A stretch of DNA of 64,000 nucleotides from the NCBI GenBank assembly GCA_034530875.2, contig JAVRCJ020000008.1, positions 64,001-128,000 of the forward strand, read 5' to 3'. Origin of the DNA: Nostoc sp. DedSLP01 (GTDB lineage: Bacteria > Cyanobacteriota > Cyanobacteriia > Cyanobacteriales > Nostocaceae). This document shows, piece after piece, positions 10,202-20,868 of the stretch; position 1 is the stretch's first letter, and the number at the start of each line of letters is the position of its first letter. The notes beneath the pieces were generated by a model that worked only from the letters and a program-made list of their open reading frames with translations, did not search any database and had not been told where the DNA came from. The position numbers and the translations under genes were made by a program.

Positions 10202-11169
10202 ATTTTTAGCAAATTTTTAACAAATATGGTTTTAACTGAGTCTTGGAACCGCAAATTAGGAGAAATTTGGCTGGATATGGCTAAGTATAGACCGATTAAA
10301 ACTATAGCAAAACCCATCAAATTAAAAAAACTTAACTGTTCGGAAAATATAACGAGAGCGAAAATGGCACTGAATACTGGCTCTAACAGATGCACCAAGG
10401 AGACAACCACAGAGGAAAACTTAGCAAGGCTATAAGTCAAAAGTCCGTGGCCTACGACTTGACAAATCACTGCTGGGGAAATCACCCAAAGCCAACCGTT
10501 TACTGAAGAAGGAAAAACTCGATCTTGAGTCAACAAAAGTATAGGGAATATGAGTAATGCAGCGATCGCGCAGACCCACAATTGAACGATCTCAGGAGAA
10601 AATTTAGTTCGTAATTGTTCTACGAGCAGCAGGTATCCGCCCAAGAAAATTGCTGAAACAATCGCTGCAAAGCTTCCTTGAACTTCGTCTTTAGCGATTT
10701 GTAGTTCCTCAAATTCAATAGCGATGGTTCCCCCAAGGGCGATCGCCATCCCCATCAAAAATTGGCTTTTAAAACACTGACGAAATAACAGCCACGCCCC
10801 TAAGCTGGTAAATATCGGGGCAAGATTATGTAAAACACTAGAGATAGCGACGGTAGTTTGAGTCAGCGACCAAGCCAAAAAGACTAAAGTCATACCCCAA
10901 CAAATACCAGCGCCTACTAATAGCCCAAAATCCTGACTGGTGTAAGATTGCTGTTCTACAGGTTTATCTGGGTCAAATTGCCCAGATATGGTTTTGTATC
11001 CATACCAAAACCCGAAGATTAAACTAGCAAGCCACAAGCGATTAAATACTGTGGCATTGGGGCTGATTTCAGTTTCGCTCAATCTTACAAAGATAGAGCC
11101 AAAAGATAGGGCGCCCACGCCTAGAAGTAATACCGCAAGCGCCATCTTCGTCTGATTGGATATATTCAT
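10198..11169 (-). CDS. DMT/EamA-family transporter (paralogue of the adjacent gene)
   Basis: About 10 TM; WSLTQTTVA, CQVVGHGLLTY, LLEPV. Confidence 0.9.
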   Translation of the reverse strand: MNISNQTKMALAVLLLGVGALSFGSIFVRLSETEISPNATVFNRLWLASLIFGFWYGYKTISGQFDPDKPVEQQSYTSQDFGLLVGAGICWGMTLVFLAWSLTQTTVAISSVLHNLAPIFTSLGAWLLFRQCFKSQFLMGMAIALGGTIAIEFEELQIAKDEVQGSFAAIVSAIFLGGYLLLVEQLRTKFSPEIVQLWVCAIAALLIFPILLLTQDRVFPSSVNGWLWVISPAVICQVVGHGLLTYSLAKFSSVVVSLVHLLEPVFSAIFALVIFSEQLSFFNLMGFAIVLIGLYLAISSQISPNLRFQDSVKTIFVKNLLKI

Positions 11170-11245
11170 TAGGAAAATTAAACTTAATTGATGACAAAAT
11201 TTTTCCGTTCTTAACCCAATTTCAGTCCGTAGTCTTCAATCGCTT

Positions 11246-12553
11246 TTACCCAACCCAATGTTCTTGGGCAAACCCTACAGCTATTTTGGCTAATAATGTC
11301 ACAAACAAGCCTAGTATAAAATATCCTTGGCGAGGATTGCGAGATAACAGCACACCAATGGCTATATTCAAAGGTACAATTCCATAAGCCAAACGGCTCA
11401 AGGAAATTGTACCGCCAGAGGCCAGCAACAAACCAATTCCACAAAAGCCATAAATAACTGTAACTGGGGTAAGTTGCCGACGTAAGCGCCACAAAGCAAA
11501 CCCACCACCTAAGACCATAAACAGGTTCAGCAAATTATTCATCCACTGTTCGCTTGCCAAGACGAACAAAAACACAACTAAAGCATAAAAGCCATAAACT
11601 AGTTTCCGAGCAATTGGATGTTTATGGAAGCGCCATAAAAGATAGCTACTACCAACAATTACAGTCACCAGCGAGGGATACCACGGGTCTTGAATGCCGC
11701 CAGATGGGTTTTGCACCCAACCAAATTCCCAATTCTTGCTGCCAACTACAACTTGCATGAGCATATTTAACCAACCCTGCCAATCAAACCCAAAGGAAGG
11801 CCGCCATCCCCGTTGTGCTTGGATAAAAGCTAAAGGGTTACGAAAATAAATCGCACAATACAAACTGAATAGAAGTACGCCAATAGCCGTGGCAAAAGCG
11901 GCAATATAAGCAATGCGGGGTCTGCGTTCTTTCCATGCTGCGATCGCCAATGCCGGAATCATTGCCATACCTGTAGGGCGTGTTGCTGTTGCCATCGCTC
12001 CCCAAAGCGCAGTCCAATGATATTCCTGGCGATCGAAAGCCCGCAATGCTGCCGTACTCAAAAACAAATACAGTCCTTCTGTGTAAATTACCGCCGTAAA
12101 CATAGACGATGGAAAGCAACAAACCACCGCACTTACCCACTGGGCAGCACTGTTGCCATAATGTTCCCTAACCCAAAAGTATAAACAATAAAGGGCTGCG
12201 AAAAATGCCAGATTGTTTACCAAAATGCCTGCTAATTCAAACGGCAAACCCAGCTTCATCAACACCCAGATACTTAAAGGAAACAGGGGAAAAAAGGCTA
12301 GATTATGCTGTTTGCCGTCATCAACGAATTCATAACCGGAAGTGACGATCGCTCGATAATGCATACTATCCCAGGCATCAAAAACTTCCCAGCCAAATCG
12401 AGGCACAAATGCATCTGCTGGTAACGGCAGCTTTGGTGCAACCAGCAACATCGCTATCCAAATGAATATTCGACTGGCAAGCCATATTGCTGCGGGATAT
12501 AGGAAATCAGTTTTCCATAAAATTTTTCTTATAGCTATCTGAACTTTGGCCAT
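11246..12553 (-). CDS. PIG-V-like mannosyltransferase-family (GT-C) membrane protein
   Basis: WDSMHY...GY, AFFPLFP, YTEGLYL and TRPTG motifs. Confidence 0.85.
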   Translation of the reverse strand: MAKVQIAIRKILWKTDFLYPAAIWLASRIFIWIAMLLVAPKLPLPADAFVPRFGWEVFDAWDSMHYRAIVTSGYEFVDDGKQHNLAFFPLFPLSIWVLMKLGLPFELAGILVNNLAFFAALYCLYFWVREHYGNSAAQWVSAVVCCFPSSMFTAVIYTEGLYLFLSTAALRAFDRQEYHWTALWGAMATATRPTGMAMIPALAIAAWKERRPRIAYIAAFATAIGVLLFSLYCAIYFRNPLAFIQAQRGWRPSFGFDWQGWLNMLMQVVVGSKNWEFGWVQNPSGGIQDPWYPSLVTVIVGSSYLLWRFHKHPIARKLVYGFYALVVFLFVLASEQWMNNLLNLFMVLGGGFALWRLRRQLTPVTVIYGFCGIGLLLASGGTISLSRLAYGIVPLNIAIGVLLSRNPRQGYFILGLFVTLLAKIAVGFAQEHWVG

Positions 12554-12775
12554 AGACTTGAGTATTTCAAAATACTACTTTATCCATCCTCTTATCTATG
12601 AATACAGTACAGGTAGCTTAAAGTTATCAGTAAGATTTTGCATCTTCAATCCTCCACCACACACAGTAACAAATCGAACAAATCGCCAATTACTAGAAAA
12701 TATTTTGTATTTTGCTTATTTTGGCAAATTTCTCAGCAATCATATCTAAAAGATGTCGTATTTATCAATACAAAT

Positions 12776-12945
12776 TTAGTCATTAGTTATTAGTCATTAG
12801 TCATTGGTCATTAGTCATTAGTCATTAGTCATTAGTCATTAGTCATTAGTCATTAGTCATTATTTTTTTCTTCCCCTGCCTCCTGTGCCTCCTCTGCCCC
12901 CTCTGCTCCCCCTGCCTCCTGTGCCTCCTGTGCCTCCCCTGCCCT
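12776..12945. repeat. STRR array (TCATTAG)n followed by (CCTGCCTCC)-like 9-mers
   Basis: About 12 tandem heptamers, then C-rich 9-mers. Confidence 0.9.
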
Positions 12946-13030
12946 ATTAGTGTATCGATTATGGCGATCGCTGTGATTAAAGCGTCCTCAGCAACTTATA
13001 GTGGAATTGTCTGTAAATCCTTAAATAATT

Positions 13031-14227
13031 GTGAAAGCGATTACTCTTGTTGGTTCTACTGGTTCTATTGGGACTCAGACTTTAGATATTGTTAGTCAGT
13101 ACCCAGACCAATTTCGGATTGTGGGATTGGCTGCTGGGCGCAATGTCGAAATGTTGGCTGCTCAAATCCGGCAGTTTCGGCCGCAAATAGCAGCAATTTG
13201 CTTAGAAGACCAATTACCAGCACTTAAAGAAGCCGTTAAAGACCTCGATCCCCAACCGATTCTCTTGGGTGGTGAAGCTGGAGTTATAGAAGTCGCCCGC
13301 TACGGCGACGCCGAAACTGTTGTCACCGGAATCGTGGGTTGTGCTGGTTTGCTACCGACGATCGCAGCTATAGAAGCTGGTAAAGATATTGCTTTAGCAA
13401 ACAAGGAAACTCTAATTGCTGGCGGTCCCGTGGTTCTACCCCTAGTAGAAAAGCATGGCGTAAAATTATTACCTGCTGATTCCGAACATTCCGCGATATT
13501 TCAGTGCTTGCAAGGTGTGCCTAAAGACGGCTTGCGCCGGATTTTACTGACTGCGTCGGGTGGGGCTTTTCGGGATTGGGATGTAGAAAAGTTAGCAGAG
13601 GTGACTGTAGCTGATGCTTTGAAACATCCGAATTGGTCGATGGGGCGGAAAATCACGGTAGACTCTGCTACTTTGATGAATAAAGGATTGGAAGTAATTG
13701 AGGCTCACTTCCTGTTTGGCTTGGGTTATGAGGATATTGAAATTGTCATTCATCCCCAGAGCATTATTCATTCGCTAATTGAATTACAAGATACTTCGGT
13801 TTTAGCCCAACTAGGTTGGCCGGATATGCGCTTACCCATACTGTATGCTTTATCTTGGCCCGATCGCATTTACACCAACTGGGAACGCTTAGATTTGGTA
13901 AAAGCTGGAAATTTAACTTTCCGCGAACCAGATCATCAAAAGTATCCTTGTATGCAGCTAGCTTATGCTGTGGGTAAAGCTGGCGGTTCTATGCCTGCTG
14001 TGTTGAATGCTGCCAACGAACAAGCTGTAGCTTTATTTTTAGAAGAAAAAATTCGGTTTTTAGATATTCCTCGATGTATCGAATGGGTGTGCGATCGCCA
14101 TCAAAATGATAATCGTGCAAATCCCTCTTTAGATGACATTTTGGCAGCAGATAAATGGGCAAGACAAGAAGTTTTAACAGCAAGTGAAACTTTAGCAACT
14201 GACTCGCGCCTAATTTCTTTGCGATAA
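13031..14227 (+). CDS. dxr: 1-deoxy-D-xylulose-5-phosphate reductoisomerase
   Basis: [27 protein letters not shown] and NKGLE motifs. Confidence 0.98.
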   Translation: MKAITLVGSTGSIGTQTLDIVSQYPDQFRIVGLAAGRNVEMLAAQIRQFRPQIAAICLEDQLPALKEAVKDLDPQPILLGGEAGVIEVARYGDAETVVTGIVGCAGLLPTIAAIEAGKDIALANKETLIAGGPVVLPLVEKHGVKLLPADSEHSAIFQCLQGVPKDGLRRILLTASGGAFRDWDVEKLAEVTVADALKHPNWSMGRKITVDSATLMNKGLEVIEAHFLFGLGYEDIEIVIHPQSIIHSLIELQDTSVLAQLGWPDMRLPILYALSWPDRIYTNWERLDLVKAGNLTFREPDHQKYPCMQLAYAVGKAGGSMPAVLNAANEQAVALFLEEKIRFLDIPRCIEWVCDRHQNDNRANPSLDDILAADKWARQEVLTASETLATDSRLISLR

Positions 14228-14246
14228 AAGCCTTTACTCAAATATT

Positions 14247-14327
14247 CAAAAGGCAGATTTTCTGTCTTTTGAGCAATTCTTGTTTAGCCTTCAGTCTAAT
14301 GCTGAGGCTAAACAAGAATTGCTCAAA
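14247..14327. terminator. two overlapping hairpins after dxr, including a perfect 23-bp inverted repeat
   Basis: AAAAGGCAGA..TCTGTCTTTT; arms 14268-14290 and 14305-14327 are exact reverse complements. Confidence 0.7.
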
Positions 14328-14346
14328 TTTCTAACTCTCAAGAAAT

Positions 14347-14438
14347 GCGTAGATGCACAGCGGTGAGGGGGTCGCAGTCTTGGCGGTTCCCGTCGATTGC
14401 GAACCCCCGAACCCGGAGGGCTTGTCGTCAGACATCGC
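14347..14438. repeat. nested small dispersed repeats (SDR-like)
   Basis: GCGTAGA..CAGCGG / CTTGTCGTCAGACATCGC element split by a GC-rich hairpin insert. Confidence 0.6.
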
Positions 14439-14481
14439 ACTCATGATTGATAATTATTTCTAATATTAACACTCACTTAAC

Positions 14482-14712
14482 TTACGCAACTAGCAACGGT
14501 TTTGTCGGAAGCATCCTTGGTTCTGGTAGTGGTTTGTTTTCGTCTTTCAACATTTCAACAAAAGTCTCAATTACTTCCTGACCATTTTTGGCTGCTTCTT
14601 CATAAGTCCTACCATGCGTATGAAATTGTTGCCACGGGAACTCAGGCAAGTGTACTAAAAAAAGTCTATCTTCCTCCGACCATTGAATTACCATACTGTA
14701 GTGATAGTTCAT
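14482..14712 (-). CDS. hicB: HicB-family antitoxin
   Basis: WSEED..FLVHLPEF...THGRTYEEA...PLPEP. Confidence 0.92.
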   Translation of the reverse strand: MNYHYSMVIQWSEEDRLFLVHLPEFPWQQFHTHGRTYEEAAKNGQEVIETFVEMLKDENKPLPEPRMLPTKPLLVA

Positions 14713-14957
14713 TCTTCTGGCTCCTGTTTTTCTTCGGTTTGCGCGTTTTCCATTTCTTGCAGTTTTTTCAGCACCCGTTGGATGTTTTTTTCTAAATATA
14801 ACGGAGCATCATCACCGTCTTTACCCGGTATGGTTAGAGGTTCTTCAGGTAACAACGGATGCTTCCAATATGTATGACTTCCTTTACCTCTTCCTGGTTG
14901 AAGGATATAGCCGACTTTTGACACTATCGCTTTCAACTCTCTTACTTTTTTCGGCAT
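14709..14957 (-). CDS. hicA: HicA-family toxin
   Basis: GKGSHTYWKHP; 4-nt overlap with hicB. Confidence 0.9.
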   Translation of the reverse strand: MPKKVRELKAIVSKVGYILQPGRGKGSHTYWKHPLLPEEPLTIPGKDGDDAPLYLEKNIQRVLKKLQEMENAQTEEKQEPEE

Positions 14958-15012
14958 TACCTCTTACAGCCAACTCCTGATTTATTTTCTTTGCTAAAGA
15001 ATTCATAACTAT

Positions 15013-15222
15013 TCATCTTTTATTTTTCAAAATATTAAAAATTGCCTCCCTGTTGACTATTTCTGTATCCTCACCTTCTTTAATGGCTTTTTATAAAGCT
15101 ATATCTTCAATAATTTCTGCTAACAAATCAGCAAATACTTCTTTCTGTTCTTGGATAACTTCGGTGAGTGCAGTTTTAAATACTTGCTTAATTTTCTCTT
15201 CGTCAAGGTTAAGTTCTGTCAT
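15013..15222 (-). pseudogene. small antitoxin-like gene with an internal TAA
   Basis: Manual translation MTELNLDEEKIKQVFKTALTEVIQEQKEVFADLLAEIIEDIAL*KAIKEGEDTEIVNREAIFNILKNKR; stop at 15091-15093. Confidence 0.7.
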
Positions 15223-15390
15223 ATAATTTCTTTCAGCTTTGGATTGATACTAGCATGGCGATCGCCTTTCAATATTACAAACGCGATAACTTCTCTACGA
15301 AACGCTCTTGCTAGTTTGCTTCATTGCAGGAGTACGTTAAGCTGTATGCGATCCCACTTTCTCTTCAATCTCAATAAATGCGTAGTGTGG

Positions 15391-18300
15391 CTATTTATTA
15401 TCAGGGCAAATTTCTTTTCGCATCTCAGGACGAGTAGCAAGGTAATCATCCAACCAATCACAACCTCGCTCTAACATTCTTTCTAGGTCATCAACTTCAA
15501 ATAAACGTATCATTCCATCATTACACGCAGCTACAAGCCTCTTACCATCAGGACTAAAACTCATCCAATTAACATAATTTCGAGGTCTATTTTCTTCAAA
15601 AATATTAAAACTATTAAAGTAGTTCCTTCCTTTCAATTTCCTATTATTTTGACCTAATTTAAATTCGTCAACTTGCCTTCCATTGAGGTTCCGCAATTTA
15701 ATTGTGCTATCAATTCCTGATGTCGCAAATATCTTGCCATTAGGACTAAAACGTACAGTTTTAACTAAACCTTGATATGGTTTAAATTCCGCAATTTTCT
15801 CTCCAGATAGTTTCCATAACCAAACTCTACCATAGTCTTTGTCTTTTTCATCATAACTAGTACTAGCAATTACCGTATCATCAGGATTATATATTGTATC
15901 GATAACTACTCCTTTAGGCACTTTGAATTCTTCTATTTTTTTGCCAGATAAATTATATACTTCTATCCAATACTCCTTAGTATCAATATTTTTATAGAAT
16001 GTACCAGCAAGAACTATTTTTTGATCATCTGAACTAAACTTCAGACTTTTAATTACCAGCTTCGTTGTGAATTCTTTAACCACTTCGTCTGATAAATTTT
16101 TTAACTGTATTGTAGTACAGCAATCTGAGTTATTAGTTGTATCTGGTATAATAAATAGGCTTCCATCCGAGCTAAAACTTATATAGTTGTCATAAGCATT
16201 ATACTGATAGCCTAATAGATATATTGGACTAAATTCTTTAAATTCCTTAAATAGCCGTGGTGTTGGTTTCGTCCTCAAATCCCATAAACGTACCATTCTT
16301 TTAAGAATGTTCTTGTTTTCCACTGTCGCAATAAACTTACTATCGGGACTAAAAGTTACACTAGAAACCTCATTCTTAGGCTGCTCAATCTCTGCATATA
16401 TTTTTCCAAACAAGTCCCATATCCTCACTATCCCATCTTGAGTAGTTGCAATGAATTTACCATCAGGACTAAAACTTACAGTCTCAACAATTTGGTCATT
16501 ATTATCAAAATTGATAATATCTGTATCTTTAAGCAAGTCAAATTCCTTTATTTTTTTTGTTCCTGATAAGTCAAACAACCTTACCATATTATCATTTCCG
16601 GCTGTTGCAAGTTGCTTACCATTTTGACTAAAAGTTGCATTGAAAATAATATTTGGACTAACCTTTAATTCACTTATTTGTTGTTCAGATAAATTCCATA
16701 AACGAACCTTACCATCACCGCCTCCAGTTACAAGTTGTTGATAATCAGGGCTAAAATTAACACTAAATATACTGTGAACTCCTGCTTTTATTTTTCTAAT
16801 TTCCTGTCCAGATAAATTCCAGAATCGTACTGTGTTATCACTACTGGCAGTTACAACTAAATCACTATTCGGACTAAAAATAACATCATTCACTCTACTT
16901 TCATGCCCTTTTAATTCGGCAATCATTTCTCCATCAAGCTTCCACAAACGTGCTGTGTTATCAGCACTGGCAGTTGCAATAAATTGACCATCTGGACTAA
17001 AATTAATGCTATTAATAATATCTGTATGACCTTTAAATTCAGCTATTTTTTCTCCTGACAAATTCCATAAAAATGCTTTATTCTTTTTTGAATATATCGA
17101 AAATGCTTCATTTCGAGATGCAGTAATAAGTAGCTTCCCATCAGGACTAAAACTTACGTGATCTGCAATATCCAAATCTGTTTGAAACTCTTGAAATTTC
17201 ACAAGCTTTTGCCCGGATATTTCCAGTAAAACTATTGAACCGTCACTTTGTGCTGCTGCAATTTGATTGCTGTTATGGTTAAAACTCACACTATTAAAAA
17301 TACAACTCCCATAACACTTCGACGTACCACTTGATTTTTTTCCATGAAACTCACTAAGTTTTTTCCCTTTGCTATCCCATAAAGTTAATGTTTCTCCTGC
17401 TGTTGCCAAATACTGACTATTAGGACTAAATATTACTTGCCGAGATGCAAAAGGAGGTGCTAAATATTGAAAATGGTTACGTTCTTTAATATTAACTAAG
17501 ATATTTTGTAAAGCTAACATTGGATTTAGAGCAGGATATTTTTCTAAATAACGACCATCTTTGACTTTCTGTTGTAGTTTTCGAGCAATTTCCATAGCTC
17601 TTACTAATGCTCCCAACGGGTCATTTTCAAATTGCTTTTGTACAAGCGCACCGTTTAATTCCAAATCTGCTGCTACTTCTGCTTCTCGCGCTTTGTTGAA
17701 CCATATCCCTGTTATGATTATCGTGATAATTAACCCGAATACTCCAATCAGCAATACCCGTCTTGTTATTTTTTGTAATTTGGTTAGCCGTTTATTTACT
17801 ACCTTTTCTTCAATAAGTGTATTTTCAAGATTTTGTTGTGTCTGTACCAAAAGCTGATTGGCTTTTCTTTCTTCTTGTAAAGTTATTTGCGTATTTTGTT
17901 GTGCTTCGAGCAAACGCCGATTAGTTTTCCTCTCTTCTTCTAAAGCCTGATTTTGTCTTGCTTCCGCCTCCTCAACCTTCTGATTTAACTCGGTTTCCAC
18001 ACTCGCAGACAAAAACCGATAATCAGCATTGCTTAATCTCTTTCCATCAGCCCAAAGACGAGCCTTTTCTAATTCTTCCCCCCATAACAAATAGGACTCA
18101 TCCTGATATTTACTCTCTTCCCAAGCCTTTAAATTATCAGCATAAAAACGTAACTTACCTAACTCATTATCAACCCAATTTAAATCAAAAACATTCTCAT
18201 AAATTTGGTTATAAACTCTCAACTTTCCCTGCTGTTCCACCACCAAACCAGTCAACCGTAACCTCATTTCTTCGAGACTGCGAACAACATTAATCTCACC

Positions 18301-19259
18301 CTGCTGCAAAATTTGCTGATATAAACCCAACAAACCCACAGCAATTAGTTCATTAGTAAGCATCCTATCCCGAATATTTTTTAAATGCTTTTGCTCATCC
18401 TCCGCTTCCCAATTATCAATAATTCCATTCCTCACCACCCCTTCCACCCATTTTTCTCTCCTCGTCGCTAGCTGATTAGGCTTCTTCAAATCCCGAATTA
18501 ACAAATTACAAACCTTTTGCGTCAATAAAGGCTGTCCCCCCATCCAAGCTAAAACCTCTCGCATCAAAGCTTGAGGATTCTCCACTTTCCCCTCTAACCC
18601 CTTTGCCAAAGGTGCAGTTTCATCTAATTTAAAACCATAAACTTGAATTGCTGTACCAATATTAAACGGCGTTTTTGCGTCATCTTTAATTAAATCTGAT
18701 GGTGTTGCTACCCCAACTAAAGCAAAAGTCAAACGTCTATATTCAGATTTAAAAGAGCGTCTTTGATAGCAACTTCTAATCAAAGCAAAAAAATCATCTG
18801 CCGGAAAATCTAAACGGAGAATGCTATCGATTTCATCGATAAAAATCACAATATTTTCGCGAACATTTGGTAGTAACAACTCATCAAAAAGTTTCCCCAA
18901 ACGTCGTACCGGAGCAATTTCGATAGATTTGTCCCACCACACTGTTAAATCTTCTGGTTCAATAAAATTCAGTTCAGTCAACAGGCTATCAATAATACTT
19001 CCATACCACTGCTCAACGGTCATACCCTGACTACCCAATCCCGAAATATCAATCACAGCACAAGCAAAACCATCAGCTTGTAACTGTTTCATCGTCCGCA
19101 CCAACAAACTCGTTTTTCCCATCTGCCGGGAGTTAAAAACATAACAAAGCTCCCCTGCCTTCAATCCGTAATAAAGGTCAGAATCGGCTTGCCGTGTGAC
19201 ATAGCTGGGAGCGTCTTCTTCTAAACTACCACCAACTTATACTCGTAGTCTCCCGTCAT
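15391..19259 (-). CDS. AAA-like (AAA_35-type) ATPase, coiled coil, single TM and WD40 repeats; 1-nt frameshift near the 5' end
   Basis: NSRQMGKTS Walker A, IFIDEID Walker B, TPFNIG, many FSPDG/WD repeats; VGGSL...PSYVTRQAD lies upstream of the called TTG. Confidence 0.88.
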
Positions 19260-19299
19260 AATTTAATTTCTAATAGAAAATAATTACATCGATGCCTAT

Positions 19300-19391
19300 C
19301 TTGAGTTTAATTTCGACAATATTGAGTACGTATTGAGTTGTTATTGAGTTGTAATTGACTTGTATCAGTTGCTATTGAGTTGTAATTGACT
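19300..19391. promoter_or_regulatory. array of ATTGAGT-like heptamers at 10-11 bp spacing in a divergent promoter region
   Basis: Copies start at 19321, 19332, 19343, 19354, 19364 (degenerate), 19374 and 19385, plus CTTGAGT at 19300. Confidence 0.7.
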
Positions 19392-19449
19392 TTACCAAAT
19401 AAATAGTTATCCTGTAAGCTAAATTGCATCGTGTTTTTATTACTCAGCT

Positions 19450-20796
19450 ATGCCACGCGGAATTAGAGTTCGTACAGAGTGCATTCCCCTCGTTAAGCAA
19501 AGAATGAGACAAAAAGGCTTTGCCCGTCAAATTGATTTAGCTGAGAGAATCAGTCTAGCGCAATCAACAGCTTACAGTTTTCTTAATGGAAAACGAATTT
19601 ACTACCTCAATTTTTTAGAATTTTGCAATGTATTAGACTTTGAAGTTCAGGAAATTGCTGATTTTGAAGATCTGGCAGATACACATACACAAAAACCCCA
19701 AAAAATAGAAAAAATAAATAATTATTCATTTTCTCCCTCCTTACTCTCTACTTACGAACTCGAATATCCAGAAGGGGAAGTAGCATTAAATTCTCCCTTT
19801 TATGTAGAACGTCCTCCCATCGAACAGCGCTGTTACGAAGAAATCAAAAAACCAGGTTTCCTAATTCGGATCAAAGCACCGCAGCAGATGGGTAAATCTT
19901 CACTCCTAGCGCGGATTTTGCATCAATCAGAAAATCAAGGAAATATAACAGTAGCTATCGATTTTCAGCTAGTAGAAGAGGAGTTTTTCTCAGACTTAAA
20001 TAAATTTCTGCACTGGTTTTGCGATACAGTTACCGAAGCAGTTGCGGGAGATAATCGAGAATTACTCGAAAAATTGCTGCAACAACTCGATGAGCATTGG
20101 AAATCGGTACAGCGCTTTGGCTATATGAAAACTTGTAAAAATTACTTTGAGCGCTATTTATTTCGAGAAATCAACCAACCGTTAGTTTTAGGCTTAGAAA
20201 CAGTTGAGAGATTATTTGAATATCCCAAAATATACAGTGATTTTTTCGGATTATTACGCGCTTTACACGAAGAAGCTAAACGTCGAGATATCTGGAAAAA
20301 ACTTCAATTGGTGTTAGTATATTCCACCGAAGCCTATGTACCAGTAGATATAAACCAATCACCATTTAACGTTGGCTTGCCAGTCGAATTACTAGAATTT
20401 ACCCACGAGCAAGTTAAAGATTTAGCCCAACGGCATCAACTCAAATGGAGCGATACAGAGGTAGGAAAGTTGACAGAACTGGTGGGAGGACATCCATTTT
20501 TAGTGCGTTTAGCTCTGTATAAAATTGCTCTGGAAAAAATCAATTTAGCGGAGTTTTTGCAAACCGCAGCTACAGCACAAGGCATTTATAGTAAACATCT
20601 GCAACGTCTAGAATCTATTTTGCAGCAACAACCAGAATTATGGGATGCAATGCAAAAGGTTGCTTCTAGTAATAGTCCAGTACATTTGCCCAATATCATC
20701 AGATTTAAATTATATAGTCTTGGACTAGTAAAGTTACAAGGTGATGAAGTAACGCCAAGATGCGAGTTATACCGTCAATATTTTCGCCGTAATTAA
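19450..20796 (+). CDS. XRE-like HTH + AAA-like (AAA_35-type) protein
   Basis: QIDLAERISLAQSTAYSFLNGK HTH; SPFYVERPP, APQQMGKSS, QSPFNVG, GGHPFL. Confidence 0.88.
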   Translation: MPRGIRVRTECIPLVKQRMRQKGFARQIDLAERISLAQSTAYSFLNGKRIYYLNFLEFCNVLDFEVQEIADFEDLADTHTQKPQKIEKINNYSFSPSLLSTYELEYPEGEVALNSPFYVERPPIEQRCYEEIKKPGFLIRIKAPQQMGKSSLLARILHQSENQGNITVAIDFQLVEEEFFSDLNKFLHWFCDTVTEAVAGDNRELLEKLLQQLDEHWKSVQRFGYMKTCKNYFERYLFREINQPLVLGLETVERLFEYPKIYSDFFGLLRALHEEAKRRDIWKKLQLVLVYSTEAYVPVDINQSPFNVGLPVELLEFTHEQVKDLAQRHQLKWSDTEVGKLTELVGGHPFLVRLALYKIALEKINLAEFLQTAATAQGIYSKHLQRLESILQQQPELWDAMQKVASSNSPVHLPNIIRFKLYSLGLVKLQGDEVTPRCELYRQYFRRN

Positions 20797-20868
20797 AAGG
20801 GCTATTTAACTCAATTAACTCAATTAACTAAATTACAACGCCAGTTTGTACTCAAGTCTCGCTTGTAG

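Noticed and set aside
12776..12945. Tandem repeats as a possible CRISPR array
   Set aside because: 7-9 bp units with no unique spacers and no cas genes; typical STRR
15151..15474. 107-aa plus-strand ORF and similar short shadow ORFs throughout the track
   Set aside because: Antisense or frame-shifted overlaps of well-supported genes or repeats, with no motifs
19300..19391. Plasmid iterons / replication origin
   Set aside because: No rep or par gene nearby and chromosomal context; kept as a candidate operator array
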